A DNA stretch of 62,990 bases, the filler included, from Rhabdomonas costata (taxonomy: Eukaryota): the NCBI GenBank assembly GCA_019059605.1. It is 23 parts of 23 records of this genome, joined end to end, with 100 filler letters (N's around TTAATTAATTAA, not from the genome) between each part and the next. Parts side by side here need not be neighbours in the genome. Positions count along the whole stretch, not along the records: positions 8,235 to 10,878 come from JAHMHO010002509.1; positions 10,979 to 13,623 come from JAHMHO010002510.1; positions 13,724 to 16,366 come from JAHMHO010002511.1; positions 16,467 to 19,109 come from JAHMHO010002512.1; positions 19,210 to 21,851 come from JAHMHO010002513.1; positions 21,952 to 24,594 come from JAHMHO010002514.1; 17 more parts are not named here. The stretch is one strand, 5' to 3'. This document shows, one piece after another, positions 10,058 to 22,189 of this stretch. A program made the position numbers and the translations under genes. The stretch's first letter is position 1. Each line of letters opens with the position of its first letter. The notes beneath the pieces were generated by a model. The model saw nothing but the letters and a program-made list of their open reading frames with translations, did not search any database and had not been told where the DNA came from.

Positions 10058-12554
10058 CTGTACACAGGTGCCCACACCAGACCTCTCACAAGCTTCGACA
10101 TGCACAGCAGCTACGGTTTGCCCGTCACCTTTGGGCTAACTCAGCGCTAACACCCGTAGGACGGCCGCTAGACGTCTATCAGCGGTCTAACGGGCGGTGC
10201 AAGGGTGTTGGACGCCGAGTTAGGGTATTCCAAAAAAGCAATGCACCTGCGAGTCAGATGCGATGCACCTGCGAGAGGAAGGGGTGCCTCAGCAATTTGC
10301 CGTGGTAACGAGTCGTTACACAGGCGTTACGCGTATACCCATACCTAGACCCCAGGTCTGCTTCGAGGAAGTCCTATCAAAGGGGAAGAAAACAACGGCG
10401 TTACGCTACCCCCATCATCCGCTGTGGATGCGGTTAAAACGGGAGCACCAAAGCGAAGGAGAGTAGTAGCGCCGCGAAAAGGATCACCACCATAATGGGG
10501 AGGGGATGCGGGTGAAAGAGCGTCAACTTAAGCTTTTGTTCACACATTCACCAGAGGAGACAGTGTAAACCCTTATTTGTGCCCAAGTTAATACGCTCAA
10601 GTGGAAAGGTGTGAAAGTTCTTTCGAATGTGCTGCCTTTGATTCGCTGCCCTTCTCCAAACTTTCACCCAAGGTGTGCCAAATTTATAGGTGTTCTTAAA
10701 ATGACGCCTACCCCACCCTCCACTTCTCAGCTACGCACATACGTCACGGCACTCGAAGGGTAGGGAGTTGTACGCCGCCATCAGGTAGTGCTGGGCAGAG
10801 CAGGCCTGCGCCAGAGAAAGGAAAGGTTTGCGTCCAGGAACTACGCAAGGAAAGAAAAGTTAGGGTGTCCACAACAAANNNNNNNNNNNNNNNNNNNNNN
10901 NNNNNNNNNNNNNNNNNNNNNNTTAATTAATTAANNNNNNNNNNNNNNNNNNNNNNNNNNNNNNNNNNNNNNNNNNNNAAGGGAAAGGCATAAACACACA
11001 GAGAAGAAGGAATGGTTGGCTGAAAAGGAAGCGTACATCATCAAAGACACCCGATAAGACGCACCCAACCGCTCGCAAGGGATAGAGAAACTCTGGGAAA
11101 CGGTCCGCGCAGGATTACGATCAGTAATTGTCACCCCCCCCCCCAAACTACAATTGTTCCACACCTCCGTCGCGATACCGAAGACGGCGAGGGGCGGGGG
11201 CCCTCATACAACAATAAAACTGAAAATAAAACGAACCACTTGAGGGGGGAGGTTGCGAGATAGTTGCGGAGCACTGGGCACTGGGCTTGTTTACCGGGTA
11301 GAGTTTGGGCAGGATTCGTCTGGCAGCGAACTTTCTACTTCTTCCTTCCAGCTTTGGCTTCAAAATTTGAACCTTTCCGTTGCCCAGAACTGCGGCTAAA
11401 AAGGTCGTTCGGGTTAGTGAAAAAATTTCCCCCAACCACTGAGGAAGAAGGCTCCAACACATCACAAGATGCAGCATATAGGAGATGCAGGGGACACGTG
11501 CATCGCCACCTAACTCCTGCAAAATCTTCTATTGGAGTTCTAGGGGACTCCTGTTTCGCCTCCACGTGGGACTTGGGGGAACTTTTCTCCTTGGGGGAAA
11601 TTTTTTCACTTAGCCGGTCGTTCACGCCGTTGAGACGTGCTGGTAGGAGTCGGAGATGCACGGGAGCACCTGGGGCCCGTGGGTCCGGGCCTTTCCGGAG
11701 CGCGGGAGCTCCGTGACTAAAATCCCCACCCCCAAAGTGCTCCGCACCTCTGATCCCGTACCGAAGACGACCTTCTTCACGGCCACCTTGGGGGCTCCGG
11801 GGGTTGTGGTGTTGACCGACTATGTGCTCCCAAGGCTAGAAAATGTGGTGGTATGAATCAAAGTGAACTGATTCTTTATTCGAGTATTCGAGTATTCGAG
11901 AGCCTGTCAGCTTTGACCGTACGTGACACTCTGGGTTATATACTTAGCACTTAACCATCTTCATGATGCTACATGGTTTCCACCATCTGATTCAAGGCAT
12001 TGTGTTCCTGGCACTTCTGCACCATCATGTCGGCACGCAAACCGTCAGTGCAAAGTCTAATATTTGCACCAGAGATTATGTCCAAATGGAGATAGCGTCC
12101 CTGAATCTTGGCGGCCAAATGTGCTAACAATGGCCCGCCAGAACTGATGCTTACTTTAACTGCTGCTTACGTGAGGAGACAGAGATAAACTCCTAAAAAA
12201 AACAGCTAGTTGTGAGACAGTGAACCGGCTTCACTGCTGTGAACCAGAGTCCGCGGTTGCAGTGTTTAGAGACATCCACACGATAATGGAATTGCTGATA
12301 ATATGAGTGTTTTTATCCCATATCATGCTAAATAGCAGATTTGTTTGCGTTGGAAACAAGCGTGGCCTCGATGGTATAGATGGCCATTGTGGCGCTGTAT
12401 GGAATCGGATTTCCATAAAGAAGGTGACTTTAGTGGGAACTATTCACCTCTTTAACTGGGAGCTTATTGGTCAGTATTCTAACCCACCATCGGCGTTTTT
12501 TCAGTTTTGGGACTGTGTTTTTGTGATGAAGGGACTGTGTATTTGTTGGTGACA

Positions 12555-12555
<1 letters not shown>

Positions 12556-12591
<36 letters not shown>
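12556..12591 (+). repeat. (CTG)12 microsatellite
   Basis: Read directly from the sequence. Confidence 0.95.
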
Positions 12592-12593
<2 letters not shown>

Positions 12594-13752
12594 TTTATAT
12601 ATGTTTAATCATGGTGCGCTTTCTGTGTGTGTGTGTGTGTTTGCTAGGAGAATGTGGAACGCGGGACACAAAAGAGAAACCGGCTTCATCAGGAAGCCTA
12701 AAATAATGGCGCGGCCACATTCAAGCATGTACTATGCGTGCAGGATATTGGTGTTGTCATCGCGAACATTATACTGGAACCAGAGATACACAACGGAACT
12801 CCACTTCGCTGTGGTATTTAACTTCTAACTGCGAAAAAAAACTTCAGGTTCCGAGACAGTATTTCTTCGCCTTGTTGACGGGGTAGCTTGCCAGATTGAC
12901 AAATATGCTTTAAAACTGAAATTTCCACAAACAACCATTTATTTGTCTCAGAAACAGACCGCCCAAGTGGACGTTGTCGTGCTGCAGGTGTGCGAATTCT
13001 CCGACTAGGGATCGAGTGTAGCCCTTTCCATTCTTAAACTACCACTTTGGTCTGAGGACCAATTCAAGGGGATCGTGGTCATTTGTCATCCGCGATTCAA
13101 CTGGGTGAATAGGTCACATCATCTACTGCTTCGATAATACGATGGGCAATAAATATTAACGTAAAATAGGACCTGACCTGTTTTCCCGCAATGAAACGGA
13201 ACTACTGTAGCTGTACACAATTCTGGTTCCATTTGTGACCTTCGCTCGCTTGTTGAACCGTTTTTCTTATTTACAAAGTCGTCACAGGTCATGCTCAGAG
13301 GGATCAATGACGCTCATATCTTAGCCATCTTCCTATAACACCATAGCCGGCACGCAACGAAGAAAGAATCGTCGAGGAGTAAGACAAAACTTTTTTCAGG
13401 AAAAGGTTCTATTACACAGATGTTTTCCACGACACAAATCTAGGGCTTTGCATTTCGTCAATGTTCTCGGCCTCATCCGACCGCTTTTTCCATGGCGTAG
13501 ACGGCTTTGCCGGAGCTATTTAAGAGCTGGCCGTTTCAGGTTGGCGTTTATCCTGAACTTTAGGCCGCGCCAAATCAGGGTAAAAGTGCAAGAGGCCATC
13601 CTGGTGGAATTGCCCCCAATCCCNNNNNNNNNNNNNNNNNNNNNNNNNNNNNNNNNNNNNNNNNNNNTTAATTAATTAANNNNNNNNNNNNNNNNNNNNN
13701 NNNNNNNNNNNNNNNNNNNNNNNGGTCTTTCAGATTTATCCCAAACAAAAAC

Positions 13753-14755
13753 CAGCGATGGGGGCCAGGAGAGGCGCGGAAGCATACGAGGACGATGAGG
13801 GGGTCTCTGCCTCCAGCTCTCTGGGAAGCGCGAACTTGAAGTGCTTCTTGCGCAGCTCCTCCAAGTAGGCCTCGTCCCGCTTCAGGGACTGCACAAGCTC
13901 CTGGGCCGGCGGGCGTGCGGCCTCCACTACCAGCTCCACCGCCGTCTTGGGCTCATACGGGAGCTCCACCGGGGGAAATCCCCAGCGGGGCACGGGTGTG
14001 GGCTTCGAGGTTTGCAGGTTTGGGTCCGCTCCCAGGCGGAGAAGGGCCCGAAAGGTCTCTGCGGAAGCAGGAAGGCTCGTAAAAATCGTTTAATAAACGC
14101 AAAATGCTCGTTGCCAAATGGGCTGTGAGATTCCAGAGTTCAACATGACCAGCGCCGATTTAGTTTTCAAAGCTGGGGCAAGCGACTCTGCAATTTACGG
14201 CATTGCTTAGAGGGGGAAAGTGTGCAGGGTCCAAAATCCTATAAAAAGAATACGCGGCGGTTGACGGCATCCTCCACTCACCTAGCGAGCTGAGTCCACC
14301 AAAAAACCCGGGGTTGCACAATTCACCAGATTACTGACAGGAGGGATGACAATCCACTCCTTGCCGTCGGACCAACGCGCGTCCACCATTTCTCACCACT
14401 CCGCTTTTCTAATGAGGGACAAAGCGGCATCCCGAGATATCCCCTCAACTGCCCCTCAGGCACCTTTGAACTCCTCATTGTGGAAGTGTTTGGCCGCAAT
14501 GTGCAAGGGGCTTAAGCCGTTGATGTCCCTCAGGCTGAAGTCCGCCCCATAAACTGCGAGAAGCTCCAGAATGGCTGGCTTAGCATAGGTCGCCGCCACA
14601 TGGGCGGCGGTCAGGCCAAAAGCATTCTGAAAGTTCACGGGGTACTCCTCGAGGTCCAGCACAGCCTTCACAATTGCAAGTTCATTGCTTCGGATGGCTT
14701 GAAAGTAGTCAAACAGCGGCCGCGGCATCGTAAACGTGGGGTGATTAACAGAATA
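13753..14755 (-). CDS. Ankyrin-repeat protein; two exons, partial
   Basis: Exon 14755-14464 (GLTAAHVAA...LLAVYGADFSLRDINGLSPLHIAA) splices GT-AG in frame to exon 14058-~13753 (ETFRALLRLGADPNLQ...), completing an ankyrin repeat. Confidence 0.85.
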
Positions 14756-16655
14756 CTATGAAGGACAGGAAGTGCTGATACACTTTGCTCATGCAATCAG
14801 CGTCAAATTCGAGTTGGGACCAGGTGTCTGAGTTGTTCGTTCAGAAAAATCGCCTGAAAATGAAAGGCTAAGCTTCCCTTCTTCGAAAATCGTTGAGCAG
14901 AAGCTGCAAAGGCACGGTATCAACAAAGAATTTACAACAACAGTGAGGGTGTTAAAGGAAGAAACCCCATGAAAAAACGAACACAACGGGACACCAAAAC
15001 TTCTAAGCAGTGCACATGCAAGGACGCAAACACTTTTCCCCTTAAGTTACACACACATACACACATAGTTTGCAGACACAAGGCTCAGCATCCGGGAAAT
15101 CCTGCTGCAAAACGCGGGATGCCCTGTTAGTGCCGACCCCCTTTATTTTCCCCATCTCCTAAACCAAACCTCCTGGCACAAAAGCCCAAACCAAAACCTC
15201 ACAAAGGCTTCAAGGGGAGCCCCTCCCCGCTCCTCCGTCTAGTCAGCACTCTCACCAAGCCGCCGATAGTACAGCACCATGGAGCCCATGTAAAGCATGG
15301 ACGGAGTGCTGGACGACTTTACTGCGCCATGCTCACAAGGTTGCGCATGCTCAAGGTCCTTCGACGTTGAGGTCACATCAACGCTAATCCCTGCAGCGCG
15401 CGTGCAAAAGGGAACTTTCGTTGCTTAGCAGAATGGTGAAGCACAGACCCTTTAACTTGCTGGAGCTCAGACTCTGAAAACAGCTCGATGCACTGCTCAA
15501 TTAAATACTCGGTGCAAAAGTCTGAACGGTTGGATTCCCGAGACACTGCAAGCCCTGTGTCAGCCAGCCGGTGTCCCTCAGAGTAACAAAAAACGGTGGG
15601 CATAACAGACGAGACCTGGCTGGGATTTCCCCGGCGAAGCTTTACTAGTGTAGCGAGAAGAACCGTTCTCCACACGAGCGTAGGCCTGCCTGCGAGCACT
15701 CTCCACCGCCACCCGAGCCCGCGCCAGAGCTGGATGCGCGGAAGGCTCCACAGCCGAAGTGCGAGAACCGCCCAAAGAGTGTTGCATCGGCGGGTCAAGA
15801 AAGCCGTTTTAAGGGACGAAGGGTGTGGGGTGGAAAGGCCTGCCTGTAGCCGCTGAAAGCTCTTGCAAAATGAACAATCTTTTGGTCGCGTTTCTTCAAC
15901 TTCACACTTCGCACCATGCGAAGCCTCTGAGTCAAGGGAAGGGGCACTAATTGTCGCCCCCGCCTCCACCTCCTCGCCCCACACAAGCTCCGGTAGAACT
16001 CCCACGAAAACATTCAATGAAGGCATTCATTGCAATTCTTGGGGAGGGGTGCGTCGGATCCTGACCCGTACACTGCTAAGCATGGGACACATGCATGACC
16101 CAGAAACCGAAAGAATTCGGATCAGCGTTTGAAGTTGATTTTCCCCATGCAGTTACATAAGCCATGATAAGCCATGAGGACCTGTCTGAATTAGAACCCC
16201 CGTTACCACCCAGCAAGAGGTCTAAAAGTTCCCCCTTCCTCCCTCAAGGCTGCTCGGCTTGACTCGAGAAAGGAAAGGGTTGCTCCTCTTGCAGCCGGGC
16301 GGAGAGAGGAGAGCGGCGCGACATCAAAGGTACGTTGGCCACCGAGTGCAGAGAGGGGGACGGGCCNNNNNNNNNNNNNNNNNNNNNNNNNNNNNNNNNN
16401 NNNNNNNNNNTTAATTAATTAANNNNNNNNNNNNNNNNNNNNNNNNNNNNNNNNNNNNNNNNNNNNTGTTGGGGGTCTGAAAGGGGGGGGGGTATGTTCA
16501 GCCGTGTTAACGTATTGATACGCAGGTCCCCTTGGACTCCAACAGAAGGTTTTTCAAGGTGTTAGAGGTTGAGTTCCATGGGAGGTCTTCACAAGAGGTA
16601 TAGGGGCACAGCAGCAGACTAATGAAAATCAGGGAAACATTCACGACCCCAAAAG

Positions 16656-19083
16656 GTACCGCAATCTGTTGCATACCCGACCCGCGTACCAGACCTTCCT
16701 GAAGAGCCCGATGTCCTGCCGCACCATCCTGTACATGGGCTTCAGCTTTACGGATGACTACCTCAGTGAGGTAAGATCTGTGATGTGGGTTATCCCACGC
16801 TCTTGCCCCCGTCCCTATGCACTTCCCTGTTCCTATGCATGAGTTTCTCACTCATGGTCCGCTCGTGCACCTCCGACTGAATCGCTCACGGGCGCGGTAG
16901 CTTTTGAGTTACTTTCTTCCTTTGTTCCTTCAGGCCCTCTGTCTTACAAATCCAAAACTTGCCTGTGGTAATTTTTTCTGCTGCACGCAAGGAACAATAT
17001 TTGACTCATTGGGAATTCCCTCTGACGGGATCATCGGAGCTTCGGGGGTGCACCAAAGCGCGTGGTGCACCCTGATGCGCATGACATTCGAGAATAATGG
17101 CTGACCAGCACCCATCGACTCTGTAGGGAGTTGTAGCATACCTGTATCTTGAATTTGCCAGGATTTCGACAACCATCACGAGTTTGTGTCCTTGCTCCTG
17201 CGTGAGGTGGGTGCTGGTAAGAGTGCATCGGTCGAATGCAGATCCGCAGTGACGTGATGACCATGAAGAATTCCATGCAAGCTGAGGGGGAGGTCCCCTT
17301 GGAAGACCCCCCGCTGGCCTACGCGATTATCAACGACAAAGTATGTCCTCACGCCTGTCGCAGCCTCAGTGGCGCTTGAGCTGGGTTACGCTCGGTTGTT
17401 TTATTTGGGTGGTTTGGCGCTCCGGACGGCGACACCGAACGAAAGGATGGGGCTTTTGGCCAAATAAACCGTTAATCTTCGCGCTAATAACAATCTGGTT
17501 CAAGTAGAGCAATGATCACAGGTTGTGTTGTGCGAAAGGAAAAGGCAATAATTTACTCGCTCTTACAGTTGAGCTTGTCGTTTGTGTCATTGGGGTCATG
17601 ACAGTTGTCTCAGGGTGGGAGTTAGGGATTAGGCGTATCAGAAGACCCCCCGACCCGCGCGTTGACAAGGTTTGATCCCACCGTGCCCAAAATCAGAACT
17701 CGGAGGTGGCTTGTGCACCAAAGTCTGTCAAGAAGTGATGAGATGGCAAGCTCAGCAGGTGATACCAGGACGTTAGGCTTTTAACGGACACACTTGCGAC
17801 CCAGCAACGTTGCTTCTTAATACCGTACCATTTACCATACCATGCCACACATCATTCCCACAACGTGGTGAGGTTCGGTTCTCCGTTAACTCAGAATTCT
17901 TGCTTTCAGCTATGTAAATGTCAGACCGAATGGAAAAGCGCCTTTTGTGCACGTGGAAGGTTATCGGCATTTTGCCCGCCTTCCCAGAACTTGAAACTGG
18001 AACTCGCCGGATGCTAAACTGGAGTTTCGGTGTGTAATTTCTGTTTATCTAATGAAACAACATGCGTCCTAGTGGCGATGGTCACCTCAGGAATGACAAG
18101 GAACACCTTAGCTCGGTTCGAGTTGGCCCCCTCTATTGATGCGGTGCCTTGTTGCGCCTCACCCAACAACCGATGAGAAAGTAAACGAAAGAGAGTCTTG
18201 AGACGATATCTACCTTTTGTTTTCGCCCTTACTGGTAAGCCGGCGTTCGGGGTCAGATTAGCTGCCTCGAGGTGGGGATTAGGTGTTTTTCCTGTCCCAA
18301 AGGAGGAAGCGAGGTCTCAGCGTGATTTGGATTTCGATGTGACCCCTCGCTGTTGGAGAAAAGGGATGCAGACGGCGGTGTTTGAGGCAGGACACTCGGA
18401 GAACGGCTCCGAATTCCTAAATCCTAATGTCCCAAGTGCCCCAAGTGATTTTTTCCTTACCCAACCCACTGGGAGGAACGTGACCCCCGTGGTTTCGAGA
18501 ATTTTAATGTGCAGTGAGGGAGGTGGGTTTATGAGGTACTAAGCCCCGATCAAAACGTGCTGACCCAAGTACAAGGGCACGCTGTCGACCCCAGGCGTTA
18601 AGGCTGGTGTCGGTGCTGGTCTTCTTTCTAGTGCCATCTCTTGTGCTGCAGGTTTAGGTTTCTGGGGACTTTCTTCAGATGGTTCTGTTGTTGTTCCGGT
18701 GGTTTGGAGCACGACACCGAAGCACCGAAGAAAGCACCTCTTGGCCCTAAACCATTTTGTGTCGTTGCATTTTCTACTGTTCGGCGTCGGATTGTTTTAA
18801 GGCCGTGTACTTGCCACTCTTTGTACATCCCTGTGTTGCTGCTAGGGTTTGCGGCATTTTCTCCAGATGGGGGGAGCTGTACTGCAAGCACTACAGCGTG
18901 CACGAGGGGGTGCAGTTCCTGACCTGGGACAGCGTCCAGCACGGGTTTGGCGTGGTGGACCGCTTTCTGGGCTCCATCCTACGCATGACCTCCGTCGCCG
19001 CCGCCCTCAGTGGGGCTATGGTGATACTTTCCAGCATCGGCCACGCCCAGGGCACCGTTTTGGACAACCTGGTCAGCCTGCAG
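16656..19083 (+). CDS. SIR2-like (SIR2_2 type) domain protein; partial, three exons, possibly disrupted
   Basis: Exon 16656-16770 YRNLLHTRPAYQTFLKSPMSCRTILYMGFSFTDDYLSE matches the SIR2_2 motif Y...FL..L....LLFxGxSFxD. Exon 17242-17340 IRSDVM...PLAYAIINDK is in frame. Exon ~18867-19083 ELYCKHYSVHEGVQFLTWD...FGVVDRFL is +1 out of frame at a G6 run. The first two exons are not in the ORF track. Confidence 0.7.
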
Positions 19084-19627
19084 GTAGTGCGTTTGTGCAT
19101 TTGCCCCCCNNNNNNNNNNNNNNNNNNNNNNNNNNNNNNNNNNNNNNNNNNNNTTAATTAATTAANNNNNNNNNNNNNNNNNNNNNNNNNNNNNNNNNNN
19201 NNNNNNNNNGGGTGTTGGGTTGGACGCCGCGTTGCTGTCAGGGTGTCGGGCGCCGGGGTTGGGGGCAGTGGTGGAGCGGCTGCGGAGATGCAACGTCTCG
19301 GCTTGTCAGCCCAGTGAGGGATTCACGTTTTGGCAGGCCCGCTCTTGCTTTCCTTTTGGGGGGAGGGGAGGGAAGGGAAAACAGCAGGAGCAAAACTGAC
19401 AAAGACACACATGAACACATTTCAGATTCCTAAGCTGTGCCCCCTATGTGTCACCTATGCTGTGCTGTTGGGTTCATGAGGTCATCCCTCGATGGTGGTG
19501 GTATCGGGGTCGTAATGATGGGCAGAGCTATAAAGAAAGGGTTAACCCATGGCAGTGGAGGGAAACAGAAAAGCAGGGCACTCCACATTGTTTTGAGCAT
19601 TGGACAGCACTGGACTGCCCGCACACC

Positions 19628-19743
19628 GGCACAGTTCCGCGGCGGCGGCAGAGGAGCAGGCGTATTTGGGGTCCATCTTGCCCTTAACCATCACACTCTT
19701 CCAGCAGTTAAACACGGAGTCGGCCTCATCTGAGGACGACACC
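19628..19743 (-). CDS. Exon of an unidentified gene
   Basis: AG|VSSSDEADSVFNCWKSVMVKGKMDPKYACSSAAAAELCR|GT. Further candidate exons lie near 20000-20110 and 20260-20330. Confidence 0.35.
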
Positions 19744-22189
19744 TGACATTCCCACGCGCACACGCAAACAGTGCAAATGTTCCGTAGCAGGCGTATATCA
19801 TCAATAAAGGAACAATATAAAAACAAGTGTCATGCAGTAGGTTTTTTCATTCAGAATAAATTTACCGACGTTTACCATTCTTTTCAGCTTGACATGGGCA
19901 AAAAAGCCGCCAGGTTTCGAGGAATGCTCACATCGCAATTGGCATCAGTGTACAAGGCCAGATTACAACCACCCTCGAGGATCAGGCAGCACTTCTGAGC
20001 GCACTGCGTGCGGGAGACAGTGGTGAAGGTATTTTCTGTCTCCAGCGACCAAGGTACTTTCTTCCACGGTTTCTCGGGATATGGAGGTATCAGCCAACGA
20101 ATCCTGGGCAAGTCTCGCTTTTAAAACGCGGAAGCATCATTTCAATGCTTCTGTCTGCGATTTCCAGGGCATTCAACGTCTCTCAAGAGCGGGCGGACTG
20201 ATTTGGGAGCTTCTATGATCTTTACTATCTCGTCAGACACACCCACCAAAAACAAAAACTTGCCATGGGGGCCAGCAGGAGCCTGGGTAGGGCCGAAGTC
20301 TCGAGCAGTTGCGAAACTTAAGACGATTGCTGAAAAAAAAAGGTACACACACCCACACCCAAACACACGTGCACCTGCGAGCACAAGGCCTCCCGCACTG
20401 CGGGCTCCAGCTGCGACGGAAGAGATCGCACGCATTTCTCCATTCACAGCACCGGAAGCCTCCTGTGAGGCCCCCTGTCAACAAGTGGTTCACTCAGAAA
20501 TAAAAGTGCCGCGCCCCCAGAGATCTTCGGCAAAGTGTTGGACACGGCGCCCGGGTGAGTTTAATTAAAAATCATTCGAGAGCCAATGCCACAAGGTGTA
20601 GACACGATTTGCAACGATCGCAATCCCGAACAATTATTGTCAGTTTCCATTACCACCAACCTCAACTTCATTCTTCTTCTGCAGCGGGCCCTTTAAAGGC
20701 ACTTTCACCCCTTTTCACCCCCATTACAGAACAGTTACCTTCGGTTGTGTAATGGTGGTTACTCTGTTCTAGACGGAGGATCAAACTGAATGGATGCTGA
20801 GCACCCATTTTCCTCACAGTGACTCGCCGCTTAACGTGAACGCAACGCCTTGAATCACAGAAAAAAACAAGCCACCACACCGCCACGTTGCCTTGAACGA
20901 GGACGTGCCCTGTGCAGCTTCATTGCAGGCAGCGCGGGGCGACGGTGGGTGAGTAGTGTGAGCGGGTGGGTTGTGCTGGGGTGCGGGAGAAAGAAAAACA
21001 GATAAAATACATACCCCCTTCCCCTCCACCAGGACAACAAAGGCACCATCAGATCAGATCAGCTTTGCCAATGTTGGGGTGGCTTCTTCAGGGCGGCTCC
21101 CAAGGGAACGACCCAGAAGGTCACGCTTTTGCACACCAATGGCTTCTCTCTCATAGCCATTGCACGCACATTCGCATCTCTTCAATCCTCCAGAGGTGAA
21201 CAACAAGGATGCCAGTGGCCACCCCGCCTCAAACTACCAGCGCTCACCGAAAATCCAAGTCGGGGTGAATGGCGCGAGTCTGAGGGGTACGTAGCCTCAC
21301 ATGGCCAACCCCCTGCCAACCTGTACCGAGTGCAGGAAATGAGAGCACTGGCTTTGAGCGGCGTTTTGGTGCAATTCTTGAATGTAAGCGTTGCATGGGT
21401 CTGGGAACCACGGGGCAGACGGAGATTCCTATCCGGTGCCCCGCGGCTCACAACAGGACTACGGGAAATCTCACCCAGCAACATAGGTGACGCGCGTTGC
21501 GTGCTGGGCACATTTTCTTCTATCACGCCTCTCTTCTCTACTATTCGTTCAACGTTCAAGTAGGTCACTGCTTTATGCCTTTCCTCTTTTCAGCTCTCGC
21601 TGCCCCTCCTTTACTCATAAGGGACATAGGCTGGCTGTGGTATCGCCAATTTTGCACCGAAACCTCCTCGACCCGCAGCTGGGCTGGTTCACAACTACTC
21701 CCTTCCACTCGACTGACAATTTTCTTCCTCGCGGGGATGAGTTTAGGGGCACGCACACCTGGCAAACCGAGATTCCTGGTGATGCCTAGAGACTCCAAAC
21801 GCCAAGAATAGAGGAGCGGTCCTGCAAGCCATCCAGGGCAACACAAACCACNNNNNNNNNNNNNNNNNNNNNNNNNNNNNNNNNNNNNNNNNNNNTTAAT
21901 TAATTAANNNNNNNNNNNNNNNNNNNNNNNNNNNNNNNNNNNNNNNNNNNNGTGTTGGTGGGGAAGTGCGGCACGAACTGAGCCAAACTCATCTTCGGAC
22001 GGCATTAGCCTATTATCCCCATACTCCCTATTTCTCATTCATGCAGCTCGCGTAGTGCCGACATGGAAAACAACGCTGTACAGTCCGATGGGATGATGTG
22101 CAGAGTGCATTGTTTGGGATGCACAAGCGTCTTTCCAGAAAGACATGAGAACTATTCATAGAGACAGCTGAAGGAGAAGCCGCCCTGAC

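Noticed and set aside
10241..10410. 13-bp direct repeat ATGCACCTGCGAG x2 and CGTTAC words
   Set aside because: Too short to support an element call; similar small local duplications occur at 11877-11900 and 30289-30324.
15373..16026. 217-aa minus-strand ORF
   Set aside because: No recognisable motif; it may contain exons of the ankyrin gene, but I could not establish junctions.
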